Shown: piece by piece, positions 1 to 10,067 of the stretch
How the letters are laid out: each line of letters starts with the position of its first letter
How positions within the stretch are numbered: position 1 is the first letter of the stretch
From: an uncultured Candidatus Saccharibacteria bacterium
GTDB lineage: Bacteria > Patescibacteriota > Minisyncoccia > Phycocordibacterales > Phycocordibacteraceae
Assembly: GCA_964360855.1 (NCBI GenBank)
Contig: CAYHXV010000001.1
Location: forward strand, 20,042-84,041
Direction: 5' to 3'
Length of the DNA: 64,000 bases
Translations under genes and position numbers: made by a program
Notes under the pieces: generated by a model
Told to the model about the DNA's origin: nothing
Databases searched by the model: none
What the model saw: only the letters and a program-made list of their open reading frames with translations

Positions 1-823
1 CACGCTTTAATTCAGCAAGTCGTGCATCAAGTTCTTTCTTAATATCGTCCACTGCATGGAGTCTTTCCTCTTCGTTTGCCACGAAGTGCTTGGCAGGAAA
101 TACAAAGAGTGAGTCTGGTTCCGCAGTCTTCTCTCGAGAAATTGCATCGAGTGTCTCTATGCGACTTATCTTGTCTTCATCAAACACAATGCGATACAGT
201 ACCCGTTCGTTCACCGGTATAAGCTCCACCGTGTTCCCCACCGCTCTCAATTGTCCTGGAGACAGATCTGCGGTTGTTCGCAGGAAGTGAATGCCAATAA
301 GTTTTCGAATGAGCGCAGCACGATTCTCCACTGCGCCCTTTTCTAGTTTGATATGTACCTTCTCATACTGTGCGGGAGAGCCAAGGCCATAAATTGCTGA
401 AACAGACGCCACAATAATAACGTCTTTGCGGGTAAGAAGTGCCTGGGTTGCGGCATGACGCAGACGATCAATCTCGGCATTAATCTGCGCTTCCTTCTCT
501 ATATAGGTATCTGAGTGCGCCAGGTATGCCTCTGGCTGGTAGTAGTCATAGTAGGAAACAAAATAGTGGACGGCATTCTCCGGGAAGAATTCCTTGTATT
601 CTTGAGCCAACTGGGCCGCAAGTGTTTTGTTGTGTGCGAGCACCAGCGTGGGCTTATCGAGAGCAGCGATTACGTTTGCTGCAGTGAAGGTCTTGCCCGA
701 GCCCGTCACCCCAAGCAGGGTTTGGTGCCGCATGCCTTTCTTTAGGCCCTCGGAAAGTTTAGCTATGGCTGCAGGCTGATCTCCTGCAGGAGGGAATGGG
801 GTGTGGAGTTTGAAGTTCGCCAT
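1..823 (-). CDS. uvrB: Excinuclease ABC subunit B (5' part, truncated by window start)
   Basis: Not in ORF track; manual translation from ATG at 823 gives MANFKLHTPFPPAGDQP...LLGVTGSGKTFT...AHNKTLAAQL...FVSYYDYYQPEAY, hallmark UvrB motifs. Confidence 0.97.
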   Translation of the reverse strand, partial: MANFKLHTPFPPAGDQPAAIAKLSEGLKKGMRHQTLLGVTGSGKTFTAANVIAALDKPTLVLAHNKTLAAQLAQEYKEFFPENAVHYFVSYYDYYQPEAYLAHSDTYIEKEAQINAEIDRLRHAATQALLTRKDVIIVASVSAIYGLGSPAQYEKVHIKLEKGAVENRAALIRKLIGIHFLRTTADLSPGQLRAVGNTVELIPVNERVLYRIVFDEDKISRIETLDAISREKTAEPDSLFVFPAKHFVANEEERLHAVDDIKKELDARLAELKR

Positions 824-896
824 ACGTAGAGAGACGATACCATACCAGAGGTATACTGAGTCCAGGCATGTTCCTTGCCTTTTGCGGAGGTATGTT

Positions 897-1307
897 ATGA
901 GCATCCATACGTTAGCCTCGCATATATCTGAAGTACGAGACCGTGGACTCTCACTCAAGGACTCCTGGTTTGCACGGTTCGGCGACCTCGGAGCACAACC
1001 GGACTGGTTCGAGTTGTGGACAGTCGTCCCGCTCGAACACCTAACCACAGATGACCTCATCTGGGCACTTGTTGCGGCAGCACTAGATCCTGAAGCTGCA
1101 AACCTGGTTCTGTTTGTCTTTCCCGGCACGTGCATCAACCCGGTGCAAAAAATTGAGGATCTTGTAGGGGAACTTGCCGCATATGGATTTTCCCCATACA
1201 ACCTCGACTGGGCTTTTGAAGAATCAGATGGGGATCACGTGCTGTTCCTCTCGGTGTTTTCTGAGTCGGAGGCGTACCACGTCCAAGATTTGTTCTACCC
1301 AAACTAG
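897..1307 (+). CDS. Hypothetical acidic protein
   Basis: ORF with GGAGG upstream of ATG 897; no recognised motif. Confidence 0.6.
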   Translation: MSIHTLASHISEVRDRGLSLKDSWFARFGDLGAQPDWFELWTVVPLEHLTTDDLIWALVAAALDPEAANLVLFVFPGTCINPVQKIEDLVGELAAYGFSPYNLDWAFEESDGDHVLFLSVFSESEAYHVQDLFYPN

Positions 1308-1341
1308 TGCAGAGGGCCGGTCCTAGAGACCGGCCCTATCG

Positions 1342-2577
1342 CTATCCATAGTATTCCCGCACAAACTCCGCCCGATACTGCGCAAACCTTCCCTCTTCAA
1401 TTGCTTCACGAGCGCCATCCACCAAACGGGTGAGAAACGCGAGGTTATGCAGCGATGCAATGATTTGCCCAAGCATTTCACCACTGCGCAATAGATGCGC
1501 AACGTATGCCACGGTGAATCCTTCACTGCCGCTTGGAAGCGTCCTCTCTAGAGATAGCTCAGAAAGTGTCGTGATGTCACCCTTATACTTTTCATTCAAA
1601 ATATTCATCGCTCCTCCTTTCGTATAGAGCACCCCATGCCTGCCATGCCTAGTGGGTGAGACACAATCAAACGTATCCACACCGTGCGAAATCGCAAGCA
1701 ACAAGTCTCCTGGCTCCCCCACCCCAAGTCCATGCCGAGGCAACTCTTCTGGTAGCTCCTCGAGCGCTTCTAGGGTAAGGGCGAGCATGCTCTCTCCATA
1801 CTTCTTGCTGAAAGACCCTCCGAGACCAAAGCCATCAAACCCCATCGCAGCAATTGCGCGAGTACTCTCTCTTCGCAGGTCAGGAAACTGTCCGCCTTGA
1901 GCGATACCGTAGATGCCCTGAGTCTGGTTAGCACTAATGTTCTGTCGGTGTGCTTTCAACGAACGCTCTGCCCAGCGATGCGTACGGTACATTGCTTCCT
2001 TCTGATACTCATACTCGGCAGATGGAGAGGTGCACTCATCAAAAGCAAAGAAAAGATCAGCACCAAGTTTATGCTGTATCTCAACAGAACGCTCGGGAGT
2101 AAATCGGTGGAGGGAGCCGTCTAGATGTGAGGTGAAGGTGACCCCTTCCTCGTCTATAATGGCCAATTGCCCATGCTGGCTTTGCACGTCCGCATCAAAT
2201 ACCGAGACTCCTTGCTCTGTGGCATTCTTTTCTTCTTCGGACACCGTTTGAATATTCTTTCCAAACCCCGCTCCAAGCGAGAACACCTGAAAGCCACCAG
2301 AGTCTGAAATAGTTGGGCCACTCCAACCCATAAACTTTCCGAGTCCTCCAGCAGTTTCCACCAATGCTTCTCCGGGCTGAAGGTACAGATGGTACGTATT
2401 GGCAAGCACCACCTGAGTACCAAGCATTGTTAATTGCTCAGGGAGAATGCCCTTCACACCAGCCTTGGTACCCACGGGCACGAATGCAGGAGTACGTATA
2501 TCTCCATGCGGAGTGGAGAGCACGCCTGAGCGTGCTTTTCCTTCGCGAGCGCTAATTGAAAATCGAACGGGTCTCAT
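1342..2577 (-). CDS. tgt: tRNA-guanine transglycosylase
   Basis: TPAFVPVGT, LANTYHLYL, DSGGFQVFSL, FDEC, GVDTFDCVSPTR motifs. Confidence 0.96.
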   Translation of the reverse strand: MRPVRFSISAREGKARSGVLSTPHGDIRTPAFVPVGTKAGVKGILPEQLTMLGTQVVLANTYHLYLQPGEALVETAGGLGKFMGWSGPTISDSGGFQVFSLGAGFGKNIQTVSEEEKNATEQGVSVFDADVQSQHGQLAIIDEEGVTFTSHLDGSLHRFTPERSVEIQHKLGADLFFAFDECTSPSAEYEYQKEAMYRTHRWAERSLKAHRQNISANQTQGIYGIAQGGQFPDLRRESTRAIAAMGFDGFGLGGSFSKKYGESMLALTLEALEELPEELPRHGLGVGEPGDLLLAISHGVDTFDCVSPTRHGRHGVLYTKGGAMNILNEKYKGDITTLSELSLERTLPSGSEGFTVAYVAHLLRSGEMLGQIIASLHNLAFLTRLVDGAREAIEEGRFAQYRAEFVREYYG

Positions 2578-2636
2578 ATATAGGTACCGTATGGGGGAAT
2601 AGCGTATTTAGCAAGAAGGTGATGCCGCGGCGAAGC

Positions 2637-2665
2637 TTGACAAGAGGACAATACAGGTATATACT
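2637..2665 (+). promoter_or_regulatory. Sigma70-type promoter
   Basis: TTGACA (2637-2642), 17 bp spacer, TATACT (2660-2665). Confidence 0.8.
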
Positions 2666-2726
2666 ATGTATGTACTTGCTCTTTCCGTATTTGGACAGAG
2701 CGCAACTCTGGAAAGGAAGTTTCCCC

Positions 2727-3293
2727 ATGACCAACAACAAAAGGACGTGGGGGCTCGTCCTCGCGTCGGCTGCTTCAGCTTTCGTTCTCGGTGGCTGCCA
2801 AACTGTTCCGGGGCCGTACAACGGTCTTGGTCGGGACGGCGCGTCCATGGTCTATGTTCACAAGAACCGGGACTATGGGCCCATGACGGCCGAAGAATAC
2901 GGCGTGGTCACCGACCATGCCAATGACTGCCTCGTCGATGGACGGCGGCAGATGGCCTCAGTCGGCGAGACGTCCGGCACCATGGCCGCAGTTGGTGCCG
3001 TCTCTGGCAGCATCAGTGGCTCCCTCGTCACGCAGTTCATTCCGGGAGGAAGGACCAGCGTGTACGGTCCCTACATCGGCACCATGAATGCTATCAACGG
3101 CGGAGTCGGGGGTCTGGCTATGCAGTCGTCCGTGACGACCAACTTTGTCGGCAGCTGCACCAACGGAGACTTGTCTGACCCTCTCACGCGCGAGAAGGTC
3201 CCGGGCGTCCACGCGTATCCGGCGCCGGTACGAAGCAACAACCGGACCGGCAGAGTTCCTTCCTGGATTACTGCCGCTCCCGCGACCGAGTAG
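2727..3293 (+). CDS. Putative lipoprotein with glycine-zipper-like segment
   Basis: GAAAGGA RBS; signal peptide ending in lipobox LGGC; Gly/Ala-rich hydrophobic segments. Confidence 0.7.
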   Translation: MTNNKRTWGLVLASAASAFVLGGCQTVPGPYNGLGRDGASMVYVHKNRDYGPMTAEEYGVVTDHANDCLVDGRRQMASVGETSGTMAAVGAVSGSISGSLVTQFIPGGRTSVYGPYIGTMNAINGGVGGLAMQSSVTTNFVGSCTNGDLSDPLTREKVPGVHAYPAPVRSNNRTGRVPSWITAAPATE

Positions 3294-3312
3294 CGCTCTA
3301 CTTCAAACGACT

Positions 3313-3342
3313 GAACCCGCCCCTCAACAGGCGGGTTCTTTG
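3313..3342 (+). terminator. Rho-independent terminator
   Basis: GAACCCGCC/GGCGGGTTC stem followed by T tract, between convergent genes. Confidence 0.75.
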
Positions 3343-3360
3343 TATTCTTGTAAGGGAAGG

Positions 3361-3891
3361 CTACTTAACTTCGAGTAGTTCTACTTCAAAGATAAGGGTG
3401 GCGTTCGGGGGAATTGAACTGCCTGCTCCCTGACTGCCATACGCTAGGTCTGGTGGAATAATAAGTTGGCGCTTCCCGCCCACTTTCATACCCGCTACTC
3501 CCTGATCCCATCCCTTGATCACCTGCCCTGCTCCAAGTGCAAAGCTAAACGCCTGTCCTCGAGGCTTTGAAGCATCGAACACGGTGCCATCCGGAAGCAT
3601 GCCCACATAGTGAACAGATACCGTCTTACCAGATACCGCTTCTGCGCCCGTACCCACCACAATATCTTTTCCGGTGAGGGTGGTTGGTAATTGTGCAGGG
3701 GCACCTGCTGGTGTTTCATCTCCATTCATAGCGGTTGGTGAGGTGGTAAGGGTTGTAGTTGCGAACTCAGGCTCTGGCAAGTTCTGCGGAGCCATGAGGG
3801 CCGCGATGGGGGCTCCAAAGAACAGAAGACCCCCTGCTGCAACAACGGCGATAGCGACTGCAATTCCGGTGCCAGTGACATTCATAGGCAA
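3361..3891 (-). CDS. FKBP-type peptidyl-prolyl cis-trans isomerase, membrane-anchored
   Basis: [40 protein letters not shown]; N-terminal TM helix. Confidence 0.95.
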   Translation of the reverse strand: MPMNVTGTGIAVAIAVVAAGGLLFFGAPIAALMAPQNLPEPEFATTTLTTSPTAMNGDETPAGAPAQLPTTLTGKDIVVGTGAEAVSGKTVSVHYVGMLPDGTVFDASKPRGQAFSFALGAGQVIKGWDQGVAGMKVGGKRQLIIPPDLAYGSQGAGSSIPPNATLIFEVELLEVK

Positions 3892-3914
3892 ATTGATACT
3901 AAAAATTAATACAG

Positions 3915-4220
3915 TTAGTCGGCTTCCGACACGGCTAGTATATCATCCGCAATACTCTCCACAGCCTCTTGCACAGCCTGTTCAGCCCCCGGCACGCGGG
4001 TGGTCAAAAAGGCCTCGAGTGCCTCCTCATCTGCTTCTGCCTCCATAAGTGCGACAAACTCCTCTCGCGTTGGCTCGTCCATGTTCTCAATCATGCGCGC
4101 CAGGGAGCTTTTGAAGATAACCGAATTCAGATCAAGCAGCAATTCATTCTGCTCCTCAAGTGGAAGTGCGGAAAGATCGAGTGCGTCCATGAGTTTCTGG
4201 AAACGATTGGTATCAGTCAT
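3915..4220 (-). CDS. Small acidic helical protein (DUF5663-like)
   Basis: 101 aa acidic ORF 2 bp downstream of the large ORF; family is by resemblance only. Confidence 0.65.
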   Translation of the reverse strand: MTDTNRFQKLMDALDLSALPLEEQNELLLDLNSVIFKSSLARMIENMDEPTREEFVALMEAEADEEALEAFLTTRVPGAEQAVQEAVESIADDILAVSEAD

Positions 4221-4222
4221 AG

Positions 4223-6925
4223 TTACTTGATTCGACTAGTAAAGGCTTGTGGATCAATCACCCCAATCATTTCTGGACCCTCGGGAGTCACTCCAACATG
4301 AAACCCCGTACGAGGATCAAACACTGCACTGGTAATCCACTTCTGAGGGATACCGTTGTACATAGTGAGCTTCCCTGCTTCAAAGTATATTTTTTCACCG
4401 GGGTGTTCTCGCGCAAGTTCTTGTACCCGCCTCAAGAATTCGTTATTGGTGGCGTCCCCGCCGCCATACACCAACAGCTGCCTGCCGCCGGGCGCGGACT
4501 CATCCGGCACCCCATACAAGTGGGTCACTGCTGGCTCCACAGGAACCTGGTGTTCGTTTACGAATGGCTCAAGTGCGGACTGTACCGGAGCCTCAGGGGT
4601 AGCTGGGGGTAATTGCTCTGGGGCCGGAGGAGTAACCGTCGCCTGTTCAGGAACTGGTGCTGAGGGTGGAACCTGTTCAGGAACCAGAGCCGCAGGCTCG
4701 CTTGGTAGAGTGCTGTCTAGCTCTTCAGGCTGGGTGAGTGTGTTGTGATCAGAACCATCTACAAACGTCTCAGGAGTAAGTATGGGTGTTCCGCCCGCTT
4801 GTGCACGGTTGAGAGCGGCACTAGGATCTTCAACTGGTGCCGCCGCAACCTCGGGAGAGTGACTTGGTGCCTCCTGAATAGAAGCGTGGTGGCGCAAGTC
4901 TGGCTGCATGGGTCCATCAATGTGCTTGGTCACATACCCGTCCGGAGCTTCAGCGGTTGGTGCAGTGTGTTCAAAAACCAATTGTGGGTCCTTGCCCACC
5001 GCCTGATACCAGACATGCTGGTCGCTATCCACAAAGAGCTTGTCTCCAGGCTGCAGAGTAAGACTCTGTCCATCATGCGCCGCCCCTAGAGCATGCGTGA
5101 GGGCATTGGGGTTTTGCTCTAGGAAGTGTTTCAACTCAGGAGACGCGTGTTCAAGTGTCCCAACTTGGTGCCGCAAATCCACCAACAGTTGTCCGAACCC
5201 TTCTCCTGGTTTGGTACTTACCTCAAGCACTGAAGTGCTTGGTGCAGTTGGGTGCACGGGTGCAGCCTCTGTCCCTGTGTTGAGGGGTGCGCCCTCGTGG
5301 GGGGCTGGGGCTGCTGCTGCAGGCACGTCTAGATCAGTGCCTTGGTGAGTTGGGGTGGCATATTCGTATGATGCTGATGCTCCCCCAAACAGGTGATGGG
5401 TGTCTGGTGCTTCTACGCTGTGCTCGTGTCCCCCAGACGCATGATGACCAAAAAGAAATCCTAAGCCAAGTGAGGTAAAAGCACTTGCAATACGACTCTG
5501 ACGAGCAATTGATTCCTTAACTACAAGTGCCTCTTTTCTCTTTTGAGAAAGACGGCGCAAATTTTTCTCGTCTCCTAAATCACCAAGATCCTTTCGATTA
5601 GAAAGAAGTGCAGAAGCTTTTGTTTCAGTTCCTCGAAAATCATGGCCCTTCTCTATACCCATTTTAACCAGTGCACCAAAAGCACCACCCACACTGGTGA
5701 ACCGAGAAGCGCCTCCAATCCATTTCTTTGCTTCTGGATTCTTGCTTTTTTCTGCCCAAAATCGAAGCGCTGCAGACGTACCCGCAAGACCCAGCGGCGC
5801 AAGTCCAATGACACTTCCGCCAAGAAGGACGCCCGCAGCCGCACCAACACCAAGGAGAGCAGCGGATGTACCAAAAATACGCACTGCCGGAGGAAGTTCC
5901 TTATACCGTTCATAAAACTTATCGAGAGCTTTCTTGTCTCGCTCGTTAAGTCCCTCCTGGCGCTTTTCTAGCTCCCGTTCCTCAAGACCGTCCACAAACG
6001 TGCGCATGGTTACTACGCGTTCATACCGTTCCCGTAGTTTACTTTCATCAATAGAGCCCTTTCCCTTGTATTTCTTTAAACTTTCCAGAACGGCTTCTTT
6101 GGAGCGAGGTCGAAGTGCAAGTCGTGTGTCTAGGGCGGCCTGTTGCGCGGTGTAGTGCTCTGCGCGTGCGCGCACCCAGGCACGTCGTAGGTCCTTAATC
6201 TGAGTTGGAGTACCAAGCTCACCCACATAATTCTCAAGGGCAATGCCCGCAACACCTCGACCCTTGTGATATTCCTTCAACTTCTCGAAGTACAAACTTT
6301 CGGCGTTCTTAGATATTTCTTGCCGTTCCCCAAGTTCGCGCATTCGTCCAGGTACAAATGCCCGAAAAGGGTCTGTGCTTTGTGCTAACCGCGCCTTCTC
6401 ACTTGCAACGGCTTCTTCAAGAGCCGCTCTGGTCTCATGCGCAGTAGCATCTAGCGGTAAACCAGTTTCCGGATCAGAGTCACGCAGCATATCAGAAATA
6501 TCTGCCTTCTTTTCAACGATCTGCTCAACAGGCTCTTCTTGAGCAGTTGGAGCATCATCGAGAGGCACAGTCGGCGACTCTTCTGGTTGCAGCCGCTTCT
6601 TTAGCTTTTCTGGTTTAATTCCAAGAAACTTCGGTTTAGGTCCATCTTTAAAATCTGATTCTTTCTTAGGTGTCCCTCTTTTCCTGCGTGCTGCATCTCG
6701 AGCGCCTTTTGGTTTTCCGCCAAGACTCACGCGCACCTTTTCAGCTTCGTCTTGTATTGTGGGACCATCATTTGATACTGCTGCATTGCGGAGCGCCTCC
6801 TGAGCTCTCTCAAGATCCGTGAGGGGTGCTTTCTCAATCACTACCTCCGGCTGATTGATACCTGCTCGACGCGCCAAATCACTGAGACGATTCAATGGGC
6901 CTGATTCTGGACTCTTGGGTGCCAT
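4223..6925 (-). CDS. Large membrane protein: charged/coiled N-terminus, Gly-rich TM segments, Pro/His-rich C-terminus
   Basis: ~900 aa ORF; ATG 6925 lies 4 bp after the VirD4-like stop codon. Confidence 0.8.
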   Translation of the reverse strand: MAPKSPESGPLNRLSDLARRAGINQPEVVIEKAPLTDLERAQEALRNAAVSNDGPTIQDEAEKVRVSLGGKPKGARDAARRKRGTPKKESDFKDGPKPKFLGIKPEKLKKRLQPEESPTVPLDDAPTAQEEPVEQIVEKKADISDMLRDSDPETGLPLDATAHETRAALEEAVASEKARLAQSTDPFRAFVPGRMRELGERQEISKNAESLYFEKLKEYHKGRGVAGIALENYVGELGTPTQIKDLRRAWVRARAEHYTAQQAALDTRLALRPRSKEAVLESLKKYKGKGSIDESKLRERYERVVTMRTFVDGLEERELEKRQEGLNERDKKALDKFYERYKELPPAVRIFGTSAALLGVGAAAGVLLGGSVIGLAPLGLAGTSAALRFWAEKSKNPEAKKWIGGASRFTSVGGAFGALVKMGIEKGHDFRGTETKASALLSNRKDLGDLGDEKNLRRLSQKRKEALVVKESIARQSRIASAFTSLGLGFLFGHHASGGHEHSVEAPDTHHLFGGASASYEYATPTHQGTDLDVPAAAAPAPHEGAPLNTGTEAAPVHPTAPSTSVLEVSTKPGEGFGQLLVDLRHQVGTLEHASPELKHFLEQNPNALTHALGAAHDGQSLTLQPGDKLFVDSDQHVWYQAVGKDPQLVFEHTAPTAEAPDGYVTKHIDGPMQPDLRHHASIQEAPSHSPEVAAAPVEDPSAALNRAQAGGTPILTPETFVDGSDHNTLTQPEELDSTLPSEPAALVPEQVPPSAPVPEQATVTPPAPEQLPPATPEAPVQSALEPFVNEHQVPVEPAVTHLYGVPDESAPGGRQLLVYGGGDATNNEFLRRVQELAREHPGEKIYFEAGKLTMYNGIPQKWITSAVFDPRTGFHVGVTPEGPEMIGVIDPQAFTSRIK

Positions 6926-6929
6926 AGAA

Positions 6930-9656
6930 TTAGGAAAGGTACCGCGCTCTAATAGTGCTTTCAACCAACGCGCGATCTCTTCCGTAGGTAAGGAAGGATA
7001 GTTCGCGCAAGTCGTCTACTTGATCTGGATTGCCTGGACGCAGGTCAACCGTCTTCATGTTGAAGGGCTTTTGCGGAACTCCGCCAGAGAGAATACGCAT
7101 ATATGCATTGCGATTCTCAATATTAACGAAGTCGAGAGCGGTGAACACCGGAGCAAACTGTTTTGCAAAGAACTCCGCATCTTCCTCTCCCACGCGAAAT
7201 ACCGCCATGTTGCCCACGTTGCCAAATATAGCTCCCCTAATCTTCTCGTCTACTTGCGCTAAATACTGGTGCGCAATAGTGAGCGAGAGTTTATATTTTC
7301 GAGCTTCAGAAAGAATGCCGGGAATAGAGGAGGTGGTGATGTTCTGGAACTCATCAATGTAGAGGTAGAACGGTGGGAAGTTGGTACCCACTGAGTCTGC
7401 TCGAGAGAGTGCCGCCATGAACAACTTGCCCACAATAATGAGACCGAGGAGGTTAGCGTTTCGCTCTCCCAATCTTCCCTTTGAAAGATTTACCAGCAGA
7501 ATCTTCTTGTTGTCTATAATCTCACGGAACTTAAACGAGGACTCTTGCTGCCCAATGATCGGCCGCATGAAGTCGTTTGAGGTGAACTCATCAATCTTGT
7601 TGGTGATGTAGGGCACTAAATTCTGAAGCGATGCCTCACCCTCGGTCTTGGTGGCAATTTCATTCCAGAACTGATTCACCACCGGGTTGTTGCAGCGAGA
7701 AAGTTTTAGATTCCTAAATTCTGCGTTAGACATCACCCGACCAATGTCCATAAGGGTGGAGCCGGATGCAGGATCCTCCATTACTAACTGTGTTGCATTG
7801 GTGAAATACTGCACGAACATTGGTCCCATTGATTCAGGAACATCGCCATACAACTGTTGGAATATTGCCAGCATCTCATTCACAATGAACGACTTCTGCT
7901 CCGGTCTGCTCGGATCGTACTCAAGCATATTGAGTCCGAACGGTCGGTCTAGGTTTGCGGGATCAAAGTAAATAACATCCTCGTATCGCTCTGGCGGAAT
8001 GCTGGCCAGTACTTCTATAACATCGTTTCCGTGCGGATCGATAAAACAGACGCCATTGCCTGCGCGAATATCCTGATCAATAAGGGTACGGAGCATTCCG
8101 GACTTTCCCGAGCCCGTCTGTCCAATAACATATAAGTGTCGCAACCGGTCCTCTGGTGAAAGACGTATCTCAGATTCTTGTCCACGATAGGTGCTGGTAC
8201 CAAGTATCGTGCCCTCGGTAGGAAGTCCAATAGGAGCAGGGGCGCTCGCTGAGCGGGACTGCTTCAAATGCGGCGAAGACTCAATACCATCGGGAGGGAA
8301 GTGGAATACGGTGGTGAGCTCTCGAAGAGACAGAGGAAGGTTCGTGGCTTTCTCAAATAAACGAAAGGTGAAGTCACGAAAGAAACTCTTGAGACTCCCT
8401 GTATTTGGTCTACGAAATTCAAACCTGTTCCCTTTAGTATTTTCAAACTGATTAAACGGAGCTTCTATTTCAGCAAGGAGCTGCTCCGCACGCTCCTTCT
8501 GCATAGACGAAGCAACGATACGTATATTTGTCTGCACAATGGGAGCCGAGCGTTTTTTCTCCACCTGCTCAATTGCGGCTTCGTCCGTGGGTCGGATCTC
8601 GTCCAACTTTTTCGGAGACACAAACAAGCCTGCCGCCTCGCGAGCAAATTCACCCGCAAGAGTTTCTGGCAATGAAAATGCCCTTCCGCGCTTCTCACCC
8701 TTTCGCAGCTCATGCAGTATGCGCCCATAGTGCTCCACATAGTGGTTGCCGTTTGGTTTGAAGATAATTTGAAGAGACGCGCCCTCGTCCTCGGGAGCAA
8801 TCTTGGCGAAAGCGTTTAGAAGCGCATTCAGTGGGTCATAATCAAAATCCTGGTAGTCTTTGAGGGGCAACATTGGTCTATCTTTGAACTCCGCCACCGA
8901 ACCAGCAGCAGATCCCCCATCAACAAAGACGTTATAGTCGTTTGGTTGTGCTAAGGCCACCGCCTCAGGGAATATGGCATGCAGTTGTTTCTCGAACAGA
9001 TCGCAGCGAGAGTTTGGCACCGAGGCATAAAACATTAAGTGAGAGCGATCCACCGGTACTGCCAACTCAAGCGTCATATACGCGGGCTCACCGCTACGAG
9101 CTGTCTCAAGCGAAAGCATGCCTGAATAAAACTGTTCCATGCCAGAAACCAGTTCCCGCAGGGGGCGCACCCTGTTCCCTTCCTCCGTCTTGTGTTCGGG
9201 AAGCGCTATCTCATACAGCGTCATGTGCAGAGCCTTCCACTCTGGCTGATTCTCTGCGAGTCCCTGTATAGGCATACCGGCAATAAGGTACTGTACGAGG
9301 AAACGGTGGAAGTCGTCGTCCAAGTGCGGACTAGCGAGCTTCTCTAGTACCGCAAAGGCGTTGCGCACCCCTTTCTGTTCTAGCACCCCGCGCAGTTCAT
9401 TAATCGTCTCGTCCGAGCTTGCGGGATCAAGATTAAGGACAAGCTTTTCGGTCTCCTCGTGCGTTAGTGCATACCCCGGTGCAAAGGTATCCTCAGGAGC
9501 CGCGTACCGGTGGTGCACAATACGCTCTCGGGCAACCTCGGTACGTGGCCGTGATTCATTAAGCACTGCAAGTTCTGCTTCCTTGCTCGCAATTTGCTCA
9601 CGCAAATACGCAAGTTCCTCCTCGGGTGAGGTGATTGGGTTCAGGGGCCCTTCCAT
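6930..9656 (-). CDS. VirD4/TraD/TrwB-like type IV secretion coupling ATPase (HerA/FtsK superfamily)
   Basis: HLYVIGQTGSGKS Walker A, FIDPHG, LYIDEFQN Walker B, SEARKY, AHQYLAQ. Confidence 0.9.
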   Translation of the reverse strand: MEGPLNPITSPEEELAYLREQIASKEAELAVLNESRPRTEVARERIVHHRYAAPEDTFAPGYALTHEETEKLVLNLDPASSDETINELRGVLEQKGVRNAFAVLEKLASPHLDDDFHRFLVQYLIAGMPIQGLAENQPEWKALHMTLYEIALPEHKTEEGNRVRPLRELVSGMEQFYSGMLSLETARSGEPAYMTLELAVPVDRSHLMFYASVPNSRCDLFEKQLHAIFPEAVALAQPNDYNVFVDGGSAAGSVAEFKDRPMLPLKDYQDFDYDPLNALLNAFAKIAPEDEGASLQIIFKPNGNHYVEHYGRILHELRKGEKRGRAFSLPETLAGEFAREAAGLFVSPKKLDEIRPTDEAAIEQVEKKRSAPIVQTNIRIVASSMQKERAEQLLAEIEAPFNQFENTKGNRFEFRRPNTGSLKSFFRDFTFRLFEKATNLPLSLRELTTVFHFPPDGIESSPHLKQSRSASAPAPIGLPTEGTILGTSTYRGQESEIRLSPEDRLRHLYVIGQTGSGKSGMLRTLIDQDIRAGNGVCFIDPHGNDVIEVLASIPPERYEDVIYFDPANLDRPFGLNMLEYDPSRPEQKSFIVNEMLAIFQQLYGDVPESMGPMFVQYFTNATQLVMEDPASGSTLMDIGRVMSNAEFRNLKLSRCNNPVVNQFWNEIATKTEGEASLQNLVPYITNKIDEFTSNDFMRPIIGQQESSFKFREIIDNKKILLVNLSKGRLGERNANLLGLIIVGKLFMAALSRADSVGTNFPPFYLYIDEFQNITTSSIPGILSEARKYKLSLTIAHQYLAQVDEKIRGAIFGNVGNMAVFRVGEEDAEFFAKQFAPVFTALDFVNIENRNAYMRILSGGVPQKPFNMKTVDLRPGNPDQVDDLRELSFLTYGRDRALVESTIRARYLS

Positions 9657-9714
9657 GCCTTTAATTATACGACAGAGTCGCTAGTTCTAACGACAAAAAC
9701 TGTATACAAACAAA

Positions 9715-10053
9715 CTACTCCCCCTTGCGAATAATGATATGAAAGAATCCGTTCACCACAGACACCACAATAGAGAAGAGTACCGCAATCCAGAATCCAC
9801 CAATAGAGAAGTCTGGCACCAACAGATCTGCCAGCATCACCAATAGTGCATTGATAACGAGAGAGAAGAGTCCCAGGGTAAGGATAGTAACCGGAAGAGT
9901 GAGAACGGTAATGATGGGCTTCAAGAAAATGTTAAAGACTCCAAGCACTATCGCCAACACAATTGCGCCAAGCAGAGTGACGTGCACACCAGGGACTATG
10001 TAGGCAGCAATGAGTATGGCAACGACAGAAACAATCCAGTGTATGAGCGTCAT
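9715..10053 (-). CDS. Four-TM phage-holin-family (YvlD-like) membrane protein
   Basis: KPIITVLTLPVTILTLGLFSLVINAL signature. Confidence 0.88.
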   Translation of the reverse strand: MTLIHWIVSVVAILIAAYIVPGVHVTLLGAIVLAIVLGVFNIFLKPIITVLTLPVTILTLGLFSLVINALLVMLADLLVPDFSIGGFWIAVLFSIVVSVVNGFFHIIIRKGE

Positions 10054-10067
10054 AGGTGTTCAGTATA

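Noticed and set aside
6930-9656. Integrative conjugative element
   Set aside because: No relaxase, integrase or att sites; flanked by housekeeping genes
9715-10053. Prophage suggested by a 'phage holin' gene
   Set aside because: This 4-TM family is commonly chromosomal; no integrase, terminase or capsid genes are in the window
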